From contig NC_092673.1 of assembly GCF_964355755.1 (NCBI RefSeq), positions 35,833,648 through 35,897,647 on the forward strand: DNA of 64,000 bases, in the 5' to 3' direction. The DNA is from Antedon mediterranea (Eukaryota; Animalia; Echinodermata). This document shows positions 16,001 to 31,000 of the stretch, in pieces. Numbering within the stretch: the first letter of the stretch is position 1; every line of letters begins with the position of its first letter. The notes beneath the pieces were generated by a model. It worked only from the letters and a program-made list of their open reading frames with translations. It had not been told where the DNA came from and made no database searches. Both the position numbers and the translations under genes were made by a program.

Positions 16001-19000
16001 GTGAATAACAACTTATTGCACTGGAACCTATAAAGTATAATTCAACTCACTGCATGTTTTATAAGCACATCAATGTCCAATCCATCGCCTTCATGGTACA
16101 TAAACTCTATCATGTGCTGGAAAAAAGAAAAGTTACTACATATTATTTTTTATTTTTTTTATTTTATTCAATTTCCAGGTAACATACAAAAATCATAAAC
16201 AAGGTACGGCATCATTCAACAAAACAGAACAAAAGTACTATCAGCACCTGCGGGTAACCAAAGTGGATCAGTTCAAAAGAACTGCACTGTCGAGTGGCTT
16301 TCCCAACTAATAGTACGAAAAACGCAACGTAGTTGTATGTTAAAGATAGAGAGATACCAAGGATGATAATTATTATACACACTAACAGTCAACTCTCACA
16401 ATACCAGACTTTCAGAAAACCGGAAACTCTCTCTACGTTTAAAAGGTCCCAAATTAATTTTTACCATTAAGAACACATTCCCGAATATCAGACTTTCCAG
16501 ACAACCAGACATTTTAGGCTAGCCCAGGTGTCATGGTATGATGATGGCAATAATAAATAATATTGATGACGAATGATCATAAATATGTTACTCACTCCCA
16601 GAGCCTGTAAAAGTAGCAGAGCATGGTTGTCTGACTTGTCATCCAATGATTTTAGCATTTCTGTTTCCGATTTAAAATCCTAAAAAAGATCAAATTTATT
16701 CAGTTAAAAAGTATAAGTATAGTATAAAAAGTATAAATGTATAAATAATAATTCAACATTCATGAATGAACAAATTACAAAAATAATTTATTATTAAAAC
16801 ATTACCTTTAATTTTTAATTTAATTTTTTTTTAAATTAATTTATTCGACTTCTCACTAACTCAGTTAGTGAAGGATCTGGACCAACAGGTGGTAAACACC
16901 TCTAAAACGGTCCAGTCCCAATTTGCACAGTGGCTGTGTGTGACAGTGGCTGTGTTTGTGTAGACTAGTACACCGGGGTAACCCCCTACTCATCTCGAAA
17001 GATGTACTAGGTTCTTTAAAGTGCGCATGAGCTATGTGTACACTGGACCTACGGTTTATAGTCCTTATCCGAGAAGACTCGTTCTACCACCAGAACCATG
17101 GAGCGAGTGAGCCTCGAACCCTTGCCGATGTTATGGCTACGTAATTACGGTTCCACTGTCTTAACCGCTCGGCCACTCACCTGAACAATATTTTCCCACA
17201 ATGCATGGGAGAATTTCTCAAAGAATTCTGGGTATAGCCAGTTGCTGAATGCGATCATGTGATTGTCCAGAAATTCTGTGATTGGTTGAAGACGTTTTGA
17301 TATAGTGTAGCCAACCATGTTTAGGTTTGTTAAAAGTTTGATGGCTTGATGAACAAATAAGTTCAGCTAAAGTAACAGAATAAAGAAAACAGTAACATAT
17401 AAACCAAGTAAAGGTAAAAAGTAACCTATATGATGTAATTCCAATTTAATTACACTGCCATCCTTTGAAAACAAAACACATCCTCTAAATTCAATATATC
17501 AATAATAGATCTGGCATAAGATTATGTGCACAGCGAACTCGTACAAGATATAGGAATTATTTTTATCCAAATTCCATTTTAAATTTTAATCAGGTTGTAC
17601 GGCGGTAATTTTATTACATAACTCATTTACATATTGTAATAACTGTTTTTATGAGCTCTGTATTTTAAGTATTTTAATGTGACAATGAAAAAATGTGACA
17701 ATGAAAAGCAAATTTCCAAAAATTATTGGAAGAATAAATATTATGTACTTATATCTTCTAGCAAAATAAAAAAAAAAAAAGAAATATGTTTATAATGTTA
17801 TTGTAAAAATTATTTAGTTTTGTAATAAATAAAATAAATCAAAACATACCTTATGGGCTAGCAGCTTAACCTGGCCCTCGATGACTTGTTGCAAATGACA
17901 CTCACATTGGTGCCACAGGTTCTCATGTAAATCTGTTAAAAAAAGATTGTTTGTTTATTGAATAATTCACCATTTCTAAAGCTCTGTTATGTGACAAGAA
18001 AATGCCATGTGCATATATATGGACATGATGATGTCATATCACTACCATAATTTGGGTATATCACTATCATATTATTCACACTTTTTTGTCAAACTAGTTT
18101 GATAGTGTAGACAAAGATTTAGAAGAAAAGAGTTGAATGTGTTTAATACTTTGGTTACCAACTAAATTCCCCATTGGTACTTTTTGAATTCTTGGAAGTG
18201 AAAACTTGAATGGCGTGGTTCATTTTCAGGTGTTCTTTGTTCACCTTCCATGGGTCACAACACCACCACATCCCGCGCCCCCCCCCCCACCCCTCTCCCT
18301 CTGTCGCTCACCTTCCCCTCCCTTCACCATATGTATGTATGAATGTATAGTACAGTTGGAAAACAAGAATCAAATATTACCTGCCATGCCCATGTACAAA
18401 GGAGATTGCAAGTCTCCAACCACTGTTGATAATAAACCGTTGAATGATGGCATCAGGTTTAGAAGAGCTGCTATATTGTTGATTCGGACACACATCTACA
18501 CAAACAGGAAATAGGTTAAAAATGATAAAAAACACATTTAAAACTTTAAATACTTTTATTAGTTACAAAATGGTATAACATTTACATACATCTACACAAA
18601 GTAGAGATAGGTAAAAAATTATTAAAAACAGACTTAAAACTTTAAATGTTTTTATTAGTTACAAAATGATTTAACATTTACACACATCTACACAAAGAGG
18701 AAAAATTATCATAAACAGACTTAAAACTTAATTTATTATTAATTTAATTTAATTAATTTTTTTTGCACACAATATTACCTCTTCAGTGACTGGTTCAAAT
18801 GCATCACTGACATACTCAGCATCTCGGGATAAGTATTTGTTGCAATTGTTAGATCCATTCAACATGTGTCGACAACCCCATATTAGACCTTGCTTCTTAT
18901 TGAACGTAATGCTATCGAGCACCTGTATTCAAATATGTAAAATAGAAGTATTGGAATTGTACAAGATGACTGAATGGAGCACAAATAGTAGTATTTCTAT

Positions 19001-22000
19001 CTATGTTTATTGTGGTCTAAGGTCCCAAATTCTTCTGGACAATGCATTCAGAGTTTATAGAAAATCAGATGATTTGATTCTGCCCAGCAGTGTTTGGGAA
19101 TGTTGACTATCTAATAAAAAAAAAACTGACCATCCATCTTGTGTAACTTGACCAGGAGATATGTTGTAAAGAAATCGTTTCCCTTAAAGTTCAATACACT
19201 TGATATACTTATAAAATAACAGTAGTCTAATTCCATTACGTTTAAGAGTATAAGGTGACTACCAGTACAAGTTTAAATGACAGCAATACATGGTATTATA
19301 AAATCACAATCATGTAAATGTGATATTAAGCTCTGTCTATACGATCAAACCAGTTTGATGTGCTCAAATATGGTAGTTATACAGTATTCCCAAATATGGT
19401 AGTGATATGACATCATCATGTCCATATATGGCCAGATCACATTTTTTTGTCACACAAAGTTTGATAGCGTAGACAGAGCTTTAAATATGGTTGCCAATTA
19501 AATTGGATTATTAAGATACTTAAGTAATAAACATGACAATCATTAAGCATCATACCTGTGATGTTATTAGTGTACTTCCAAGCATTGATGGTGTGGCACA
19601 TAGATCTATTGACAGCATGTTGTTAGCATACAGTTGCAGACAGTCAGTTACAGTCTGATAAAAAAATAAATGTTTCATTTATTTATTATTTATTTTTCCA
19701 ACCAACAGTAAACTTAAGGTTCACCACTTGCAAAACATTTGATTATAATTTGCATTACATAATAATTGTTAAAAAAATATTCTATTTAAAAGTTGCAGGT
19801 ATTGTATGTCCTCAATAATTGAATTCAAATTGTGAAGTCAACTGATACTAAGTATCCATCAATGACGGCCATGTGTCTTCAGAAGAAGACGGCTACAGCA
19901 ACAGTAATATTTTAATTAGATACTCACCATATACATCTTAATAGCAAGCTCTTCTCTCATCTGAATGGCTGCATCATTCCATGACATTGATGCTGTTGCC
20001 ATGGATCCTCTTGGTGTAAATGTACCACTATCGCCTCCTCCTTCTCCAACTTCTTCTCTTTCCACATTAATTCCTTCCTTTCCTTCCTCTCCTTCAACAA
20101 TTGGATAAATTGTATTACACAGACTTTGCATAAACTCTGCAAACCTTTGAACAATACACACCATGTCAACTACGCTGTTAGAAAATGGCATTTTTTCTGG
20201 TGGTTCAGAAGGGTCACCGACCTCACTATCTGTGCCAATCCCACGTACACTATCATCGTCATTGCTACCTATCATGTCGGTAGCTTTATCCATCGGCTCC
20301 TGTTGTAGGGCGGAAGTATGAGGGGGGTACAACCCTGGGGATTCTGTTCTACTAGATACTCTCGTTTCGGAAGGACTAAGAGATCGAGGGTAAAAAGTTC
20401 CTTCACTAGCAGTTTCAAAAGAAGATGCTGAGAGAAGAAAGCCCCGATGTTGGATCAGTTGTTCTGGTGAAACAAATCTCCTAGGACTTCCTACACTAGA
20501 TGATAAGTGATCTGCACTCAATACACCTGATCTATAGTTCCCAATAAACTTGATTGGAGCGTCTTTGTCCAAATAGCTAAACGCATCCTCATATTGACTA
20601 CAAGGTGATGTTGTTGCTGAGCTAGACACTTCTCTTGAATCACCTATTCTAAGGAATTTATTAGTCAAGTCTTGCACTTTTTCATTCTGATGAACAGATT
20701 GTTCATTCGTCAAAAGTTTAACTTCATCATCAAATTGTGACTGGTCCATTTCTGGTGTAGGGGTGTAAAATGTTGAATCATCCTCACTTAATAATTGTTC
20801 TTTTGTTTCCTCAGATGACACACAAACAGACACGTCTTTACTTAATGCTTTGGTTTCTTGCTGTGATACATCTGTGAAACATCTACGACGTTGTTCTTGG
20901 TTTCTTCTTAAGTGCTCTTTCTCAACACTACTTGAAAAAGGATTTTCCATTTGCAGCGGAGTCAGGGTTGATAATGTGCTGACCTGGCGACGGGTTAAAG
21001 TTATTGCTGCTGCCTTTTGTGAAAGATCTTCTAACTCTGGATGATGAACCTAAAACAAATTATACACATTTTTTATTTTATTTTAGTTTTTCATTAACCC
21101 TACTATTTTTTTATTTATTTATTTAAAAACATATTTATACAGGATAAAAAATAGTTAGTACTGTTTAACATATGGTCCTGTTTTTTTTAGAGCACTAGAT
21201 TTTAAAAATTCATAAAAAGACATTAAAAAACGTAAAATAAAACTTTAAAATTACAATACAAAGACAGAAAATATTTACAATGTTTTAAAAAGGAGTTCAA
21301 AATTAATGGGAAAAAAAAGCTCTGTCTATTCACTATCAAACTTTAAGTGACAACAAAATGTGATATGCTCAGATATGGACATGATATTTGGTTATATTAC
21401 ATAGCCTATGTAAATACGTGAACGTGATTGGTTGAAACTGCATCACATGACTACCGCTGCGAGGATCGTAAATCGTATATATCCTCGAGAACGATGATAT
21501 TGACTGTGTAATTTTCGCGTAATTATCGTGTCCCCTGTCATTAATCATATAAATTCTCGAGTACGATGATATTGACTCTGTAATTTTCGTGTGCAACACT
21601 CGCGTTTGCTGATAAATAAACAAAAGTCATCTACTGGGTCTTGAACTTGCGATGCAATTGTCACTCCATCACAAGACAACGCTTCAACGGCTGCGCCACG
21701 GAACTTGCTTGAAGAAATTAATCTTCTAAACTATTTAAGCTATGCATACATAGCGCCCTCATTTGTTATTAGTCCACCCTAAATGTGATGAAACACCGTT
21801 TGTGATTGGTCAATACTCACGGTAGTAACCTAGTAACTAGTACGCGCTGAACATCCTGTGATTCGGCTCCTCGAAGAGAAGAAGACGAATTGTTTATTCG
21901 GCCTACCTGATTATAATATTATTATTAATAGGCTTATTGATGGAAAACGACCTAGGCCTAAGTGAATATTTTATTGCCAAGGAAAGAATCATTAATTAGT

Positions 22001-25000
22001 AATTATCTGTATATTATTCTTCGCAAGGTAAGGTTTCTAAGCAGGCTTGTTTAAATACAATACAAATACTATACTATAGGAGGCCTAGCCTAGCTTCACC
22101 CAACCCAGAAGACTTGTTCTTGGCTATATAATATAACAGATATTGCCTTTTATATCTGTTAAATATAAGATTTGACATCCCCTCGGGAATGATATTAAGT
22201 TCTCGGGGAATATATATTCCCTCGAACTTAATATCATTCCCTCGGGGATGTCAAATCTTATATTTCTAAGCAGTCAATATCTGTATAATATCACTACCAT
22301 ATTTATCACTACACATCACACTTTTTTTTGTCAAACTTTGATAGTGTAGACAAATGTACTATAACTTTCAAATTTTGAATTAAGTAAAAAGTATGTTTGG
22401 TACCTCAGCTTCAACTGTGATTGGAGATGTAGAACTTGTGACGGCTGAGAAGGCAGATGTTTGAGAAGCTTGTAGGAAGGATGAGTTACGTGGACGGTGG
22501 TTAACATTCATTATTTCAGGGTAGCCTTCCTTAGGTAGCAGCAGTGTCTTGTACTGTAGATATAACAATGATAATTATTACTTATTTTAATCTTCTTTCA
22601 CACATTGTCCTCTTTGTATCTTTTTTTTTCATTTTCTAAAGTATATCTGTTGTTGTTGATTTGTTTAATGTGTAGAAAATAAATAAATGAAATGAAAGAT
22701 AAAGAAATATAATTCATTATACAGAAACACAAGATGACATCGAACATTGTTACTTACTGTATCTTTACTGACTGCTTGGATAACAAGTGATAAAACATGC
22801 TGTCTTAACACATCTAGCCAAAGTTTAGCTTGAGAATGAAATTGATGACGCCAAACTTGAAGACTAAAAAAACAATGAAAACACTAAAAAATAATCCCCA
22901 AGTGATTATCTTCAACCATGTTATGTGTATGCTTTGCAGGTATTAGATTTGTATCATTATCAGTAAGGTTTATCGCAAATAGCTTGATTTTGCAAGGAAC
23001 ATAATTGTGCAATGCATGATGTGAAAGGTTTGGGAGCAAACATCACAAAGTGTACGTATAAACAAATCACGTATTTACACATCGTGAAATTGGCTTTGAA
23101 ATCCTTCCCACCATGCATCGCGCCTGCTATTTGCGATAAAACTTATTACTCTATTCTTGGTAAACAAACTTTATTTATAGGTATACCAGTAAAATGATTG
23201 AAACCAGAGATGAAATATAATTTATGTACAGGATACATTACACCCATTAAACACATTAGGGTATAATAACTTTAAAATCTTTTGATTAAAAACCAGATTT
23301 TGATAATTGACATATTTACCGGATTGGTATATATTGCTTCCACTTAATGTCCAGTTGGTTTAGGCGATAAGCAAGACTCAACATCATCAAATCAATCTCA
23401 TTTGAGTGCTGAAAAAAGGAAATATATTAAAGACTATCAACAAAAACCATAATGTAGTCAGAAATATGTGTACATCACAGCAAAAGTACAATAAACAACA
23501 AAATAATCACAACCTTTAAAGGCCAGGTGCGGGCAAACAATTTCTATTGATCATACATTCCAATAATTATCAATCTATAGTTTCCCCTATGTTTCATAAT
23601 TTTTGGGAGTTTATTTGTGTTACACGAGCTTGTTAAAAATAAGCACTTTCATATCAGTGCACTTTCAAATTACACAGTAAAATCTCTATTCTTTTGTACA
23701 CAAATTTTGAGGCATTTTAAAAAGCTATGAAAAATAAAAGTGTGGTAAAAAATGTTATCAGATGACTAAATATAGGTAATATAACTTGAATATTACATTT
23801 CTGATATTTTTATTCAACTTCAGATTTTTATTTTCATGCTATAGCAAAAATTATCCACCGTATATCCACCATCTTTTTTCACCGTCTAGGGAGTCACCAG
23901 ACATGTTATTACATTAGGTTAACTACCTAACTACTGAAAAAAAGTCTTCCTGGTTTTTATGGAAGAATTTTGCCAAATTTTGTATTTGACCATATTAAGG
24001 GAAATTCATGTTTTTTCATCTTGATTTCTGTTACAAATATTTGATTTATGTACAATTTACCAAATATTATATTTAAAATTCATGCCTGTACCTGAGCTTT
24101 AATAATATCTCAAAATATATGAAGAAAACCCCAGTGATCTAATGTCAGCATATCAAACAGAAGGAGCCAAAATGGACTCGTCTAAAAGGGACAATTCAAT
24201 TTTACATTGTCATGATGATTTTCAAATATGGTAGTGATATGACCATATATGTTCATTTTACATTGTCATGATGATTTTCTCATCTTTATAGGTATTTCTA
24301 TTCTTCACAGTCAGAACATTGTTTGATTCATAGAGATGGTATCCTAGCAACTAGCTCAATTACCTCCAATTTCAGACATTGTTCACACAAAGCACAGACA
24401 TCTTGCATTAGTAAGTTGTAAAATTCCCGAGCAGCAAGCGCAGTCAAATCAAAGAATCTATTGTATCAAAAGATCAAATTTATTATAATAGCTAAGTTTA
24501 TAATAGATAAGTATACATAATCAAACCCATTACTAGGCAAGGCGCAGTCAAATCAAAGAATCTATTGTATCAAAAGATAACATTAATTATAATAGCTAAG
24601 TTTATAATAGATAAGTATACATAATCAAACCCATTACTAGGCAAGGCGCAGTCAAATCAAAGAATCTATTGTATCAAAAGATAACATTAATTATAATAGC
24701 TAAGTTTATAATAGATAACTATATATACACAATCAAACACTATCCATTACTAGGCAAGTGCAGTAAAAGATATAATATTTTCTTTTGATGTAAAACAAGA
24801 ATACTTTAAAAATACAAAACGTATTCTCACTTTCCAAATGGCTCTTGATAGTGGACTTGAAAATGATCAACTTCATTACGGATGTTCAAAAGCAGCAAGT
24901 TCATCTGAAATATAAGACAAATTCATCAATGAATTTCATAACTATGTTGTTGACATTAATACATTTTTAGAGGTTACTTCATAGTGATATGGCAATTATA

Positions 25001-28000
25001 ATTAAGCAGATAATCAGAAGAAAACTTATCAAACTCTTCACTGTTTATATGCAAGCATTAGGAGTAGATCACTGCTATGTGAATGACTAGTGGAATACGC
25101 CTGTAAGCATTAGGAGTAGATCACTGTTATGTGAATGACTAGTGGAATACGCCTGTAAGCATTAGGAGTAGATCACTGTTATGTGAATGACTAGTGGAAT
25201 ACGCCTGTAAGCATTAGGAGTAGATCACTGTTATGTGAATGACTAGTGGAATACGCCTGTAAGCATTAGGAGTAGATCACTGTTATGTGAATGACTAGTG
25301 GAATACGCCTGTAAGCATTAGGAGTAGATTACTGTTATGTGAATGACTAGTGGAATACGCCTGTAAGCATTAGGAGTAGATCACTGTTATGTGAATGACT
25401 AGTGGAATACGCCTGTAAGCATTAGGAGTAGATCACTGTTATGTGAATGACTAGTGGAATACGCCTGTAAGCATTAGGAGTAGATCACTGTTATGTGAAT
25501 GACTAGTGGAATACGCCTGTAAGCATTAGGAGTAGATTACTGTTATGTGAATGACTAGTGGAATACGCCTGTAAGCATTAGGAGTAGATCACTGTTATGT
25601 GAATGACTAGTGGAATACGCCTGTAAGCATTAGGAGTAGATTACTGTTATGTGAATGACTAGTGGAATACGCCTGTAAGCATTAGGAGTAGATCACTGTT
25701 ATGTGAATGACTAGTGGAATACGCCTGTAAGCATTAGGAGTAGATCACTGTTATGTGAATGACTAGTGGAATACGCCTGTAAGCATTAGGAGTAGATCAC
25801 TGTTATGTGAATGACTAGTGGAATACGCCTGTAAGCATTAGGAGTAGATCACTGTTATGTGAATGACTAGTGGAATACGCCTGTAAGCATTAGGAGTAGA
25901 TCACTGTTATGTGAATGACTAGTGGAATACGCCTGTAAGCATTAGGAGTAGATCACTGTTATGTGAATGACTAGTGGAATACGCCTGTAAGCATTCATTG
26001 GTTGTAAAACTCTGTCTACGCTGTCAAACTAGTTTGACAAAAAAAGTATGATGTGCCAAAATATGGTAGTGATATTCCCAAATATGGTATCATCATGTCC
26101 ATATATGGGCACATCTCATTCAATTGGTCACATAAAGTTTGATAGTGTAGACAGAGCTTTATATTAATAAGCTCTTACCAGCCTTGGAGAAAGAGGAGTT
26201 GTATAGGAGTTCAGTTTCAGTTCGGTTGTTCCAATTAATTTGTATCTTTCATACGCTAACGAAACGCTATCCTGAAAAGTACAAACAAATTGTGGTGATA
26301 CACAAGTAGATATTTAGCAACCTATGCATAAAATAAAATCATAAAATATCATTTTTTCATTTCATTTTCATTTATCAAAAATGTCCTGGGACCCAAAAGC
26401 GTCACCATAACATGATATGTCTCAATATCACTTGAGATCTTTTCACATTAGCGTACAGGTGAGTCACCATAACATGATATGTCTCAATATCACTTGAGAT
26501 CTTTTCACACTAGCGTACAGGTGAAATGCTGGTATGGATACCTGCATTGTTAAATTCTATCAATTGCATTCTAAAATGTGTACTTTGTTGATACCTTCAT
26601 GTACTTTTGTAGGTAGTACTCTAATGAGCTGCATTTCTTGCCTGTCAGGTAGGTTTTCAACTCCACAACTTTCGCAAGGAGGTTGATTAGAGATTCTACA
26701 AAAACAAAGTAATAATAATAATAGTAATAATAAACTTTTATAAAGAGATATTTACTGATGTTTCACAGTACTAAAAGACCAACAAGAATTATTGAAAATA
26801 GTTAGATTTTTTAAGTGACTTGAATTGCGCAAGAGATTTACATTGACGGATATGGAGTTGGTTCCAATCTAGTGCAAGATTTAAGTAATGATAGCATCAA
26901 AATACATTGCAATTTATATAAACATATTTAAGCTAGACAGATTTATTTTTGATGTTTTTTTTTCTCATTCTCATCGACTTCCTAATACAGTATCACTGGG
27001 AGGTTTGAAGTTTCTCTATACCTACGATTTCTAGTCTTAGAAATTAAATCTACAAATTGAGAAATGAAGAACAACATACCTACGCCAACTGTGGGATTGT
27101 GGTCTGAAAACAAGCGTTGTAAACGAGTAAAGCAATGGCTACAGTGATCGTGAAGCTTACATGCTGCTTTATACAGTACTTCATACTAGAAGAAAATAAA
27201 GAAAATATATATAATAACATATAGCAGAAAATTAGATAAAGAATATGTTCAATAAGAAAATGATGAAGATCATAATTATTATACTAAAGCTCTGTCTACA
27301 CTATCAAACTTTATGTGACAACAAATGTGATGTGCCCATATATGGACATGATGATGATATCATATCACTACCATATTTGGCCACATCAACTAGTTTTATA
27401 GTGTAGACAGAGCTTTAGATGGTGATTTTGATAATATCGTATCATTATATTCTCTAATTTAGGCTAAATACAGAGTTTATTTTTTTAAGAATAAAATTTT
27501 ATTGAGATTATAAGGTTCATTTCAGCTCTTTATTACTATTTTTCAGACCTTGTTTCCACTCTATTTCAAAATTCTTATACATGCCTTCTTAAACATTAAG
27601 ATTTGTTACTACAGTACATTGCACAATCCCTATTGATTGTATTAGTACAGGTATGATTTGTGTTAGTCATCTTATGTATTGACTTAGTTTATTTAGATTA
27701 GACGAGGCTTACATATAATATATATGCAAATATTAATATTTATATAATGAAATAGCAGAAATACCTCTTTCCTAACAATGAGCATCCGAGTTCTAATTTG
27801 TGAGATCATTTCCACCACAATACCAACGACGTGAGTCATGTGATTTAAGTACCATACTTCAATTTCAAGATTACTATAAAGATAGACAATTACTACCAAT
27901 AATATTAATAGAGAAAACATATGGTAATACCACCCGACTTAAACTCAATCAATCATTAGTCAGTTTAATACTATCAAAGGTTTTCATTGTGTAACAATCT

Positions 28001-31000
28001 AAAGTTCTGTCTACAATATCAAACTAGTTTGACAAAAAAAGTGTGATGTGCCCAAATATGGCAGTGATATGCCCAAATATGGTAGTGATATGACATCATC
28101 ATCATGTCCATATATGGGCACTTCACATTTTTTTTTTACATAAAGTCTGATAGTGTAGACAGAGCTTTATACTTTATAACAGGGAAGAGTGAAATGTAAC
28201 TACAATTTCATAATAATTCATATCATGTTTCATTTAGTTTATTATTCTTTTTGATGACTCATGCTTTCTTTATTCTATTGTGTTGGTCCTTTGTCCTTAT
28301 TTTCTTTGTAAAGGTCCAGGTGCAACACTTTTTAGCCATTTGCCTTCTTCCATCACCTCCGTCCACATGACTCACTACTTTTCATTGTATGTATATACAA
28401 GTTTATCTATTAACAAACTAGTTTATCATTATGTTATTGTATAATATATATCTGTTACATTGTGGAAATGAATTGAAATTGAAATTATATTTGTTTTTGA
28501 TATGTTATATTGTTTAAAGAAAATCAATTAAATTGTATTGTCTTGAATCACTTACTTGGCTAAGTACTCTAAATAGACTGCCTTTCTGTAAACATCTCCC
28601 TAAAAAAGTAATTAGCGTTTTTTTTACAATATATTGTATTGATGTTATGCTGATCAAATACATAAATGAAAAGATTAAGCTCCATATCTGAAATATTACA
28701 GATTTAAAATCAAGTTTTCATACTGTATATATGACCAAGTATAAGCCAGGAGGACTGGGTACAAAGTTTGGCAAAAGTTAGGGGTGGAGGTATTGCATTA
28801 GGCAAAGGATTTACAAAGGTTTTGTGTCCAAATTTACAATAAATATTTTGGAATGCATATATTGGCCTACTTCAGTCATATACTATTGTGTCGTCTTCTG
28901 AAGCCAAATGATTTTTATTAAAGTAGATAATGCAGTTTTCAGAAAGGAGTAGTGTGGTATGTATATTTTTAATGAGACTACTTACCACCCCATATCTAAG
29001 ACCAAATTCCTTGAGTAGACGTCTGCTAGATGACGATAATATCCAACCTCCTCTCAATACATTATGATGCACGTTCCCACTTCTGCATATCAAAAATATG
29101 ATTAAATTAAATAAAATATATTTATCCCAAAGTTACAGGTCATAAAAATACTGTAAAGTCCTTTATTTCCATGAATATCAAATATTTTGCAGCTTTTTGT
29201 ATTATTTCTTGTTTCATTGTAGTACCAGGTGGTACAGTATGTGCATTAACAATCTGTCAACAATACAATTAGACTAGGGTCATATAATTGAGCAATGTTG
29301 TGACATATTTTTAAAATCATACCTAATAAGTTGAATCATAAGATCTTTATATTCCTCATGTGTACTAGCCCAATACATTGGCTTACATAGACTACTAGAT
29401 GCGCTAGGCAATGCATAATGCCAGAATTTACTATACAACTTTATAACAGTCCGTCTTTCTTGTTGCTGCCATAAATCATATGCATTCCGATTCTGAAAAA
29501 AAAGAAAATAAATTAGAACCTCTTATTTTGGACACTTTATTCAAGGGACACCCCTGGAACAGAGACAAGGACACCCCTGGAACAGAGACAAAGACAACCC
29601 TGGAACAGAGACACTGTCTTGTTAAATGCACAATACAAAAGGAGGGACACCCCTGGAACAGAGACAAGGACACCCCTGGAACAGAGACACTGTCTTGTTA
29701 AATACACAATACAAAAGGAGGGACACCCCTGGAACAGAGACACTGTCTTGTTAAATGCACAATACAAAAGGAGGAACACCCCTGGAACAGAGACACTGTC
29801 TTGTTAAATGCACAATACAAAAGGAGGGACACCCCTGGAACAGAGACACTGTCTTGTTAAATGCACAATACAAAAGGAGGGACACCCCTGGAACAGAGAC
29901 ACTGTCTTGTTAAATGCACAATACAAAAGGAGGGACACCCCTGGAACAGAGACACTGTCTTGTTAAATGCACAATACAAAAGGAGGGACACCCCTGGAAC
30001 AGAGACACTGTCTTGTTAAATGCACAATACAAAAGGAGGGACACCCCTGGAACAGAGACACTGTCTTGTTAAATGCACAATACAAAAGGAGGAACACCCC
30101 TGGAACAGAGACACTGTCTTGTTAAATGCACAATACAAAAGGAGGGACACCCCTAGAACAGAGACACTGTCTTGTTAAATACACAATACAAAAGGAGGGA
30201 CACCCCTGGAACAGAGACACTGTCTTGTTAAATGCACAATACAAAAGGAGGGACACCCCTGGAACAGAGACACTGTCTTGTTAAATGCACAATACAAAAG
30301 GAGGAACACCCCTGGAACAGAGACACTGTCTTGTTAAATGCACAATACAAAAGGAGGGACACCCCTGGAACAGAGACACTGTCTTGTTAAATGCACAATA
30401 CAAAAGGCAACATGTTCTAAAGCTCTGTCTACACTATCAAATTTTATGTGAAAAAAAATGTGATGTGCCCATATACAGTATGTACATGATGATGTCATAT
30501 CACTACCACACAGTAGTTGGGCACATAACATTTTTTTGTCAAACTAGTTTAAAAGTGTGGACAGACCTTTACAATACAGTTATTCAATAATAATAACGTT
30601 CAATTTATATAGCGCAAAATGCAGGGTGCCTCTAAACGCTAACAATCAACAGAAAATGTAAAAAGCAATTCATATTAAATTCTATTAAAATTTCAATAAC
30701 TTAATATCAATATGTATATTTGCTTGGAGGTTGTACCAGTGACCTAACAAATATTGAATACCTGATTAGATTTAAGCCTGTTAAAGAAAAGTGGAATGCA
30801 ATTTACCTCAAAAGCAAATGGACTGTAAAATGGATGCTTATTGTTCTCAAGGAGTCTAAGTCGGCTAACAAGTTCATCTATAAGAATCTAAAGAGAGATA
30901 TAAAAAGAATTAATTAATTGAGAATGCATATGCAGTGAAATATCATCCGCATATACAATGAAATATCATCAGCATATAGAGTGAAATATCATCAACATAT

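Noticed and set aside
17095-17180. tRNA gene
   Set aside because: A and B boxes are present, but I could not form a cloverleaf, and the sequence continues into a SINE body and A-rich tail.
25053-25995. CRISPR-like regular array (also 29.5-30.4 and 53.7-54.7 kb)
   Set aside because: The units are contiguous and identical with no unique spacers, there are no cas genes, and the context is a eukaryotic intron.
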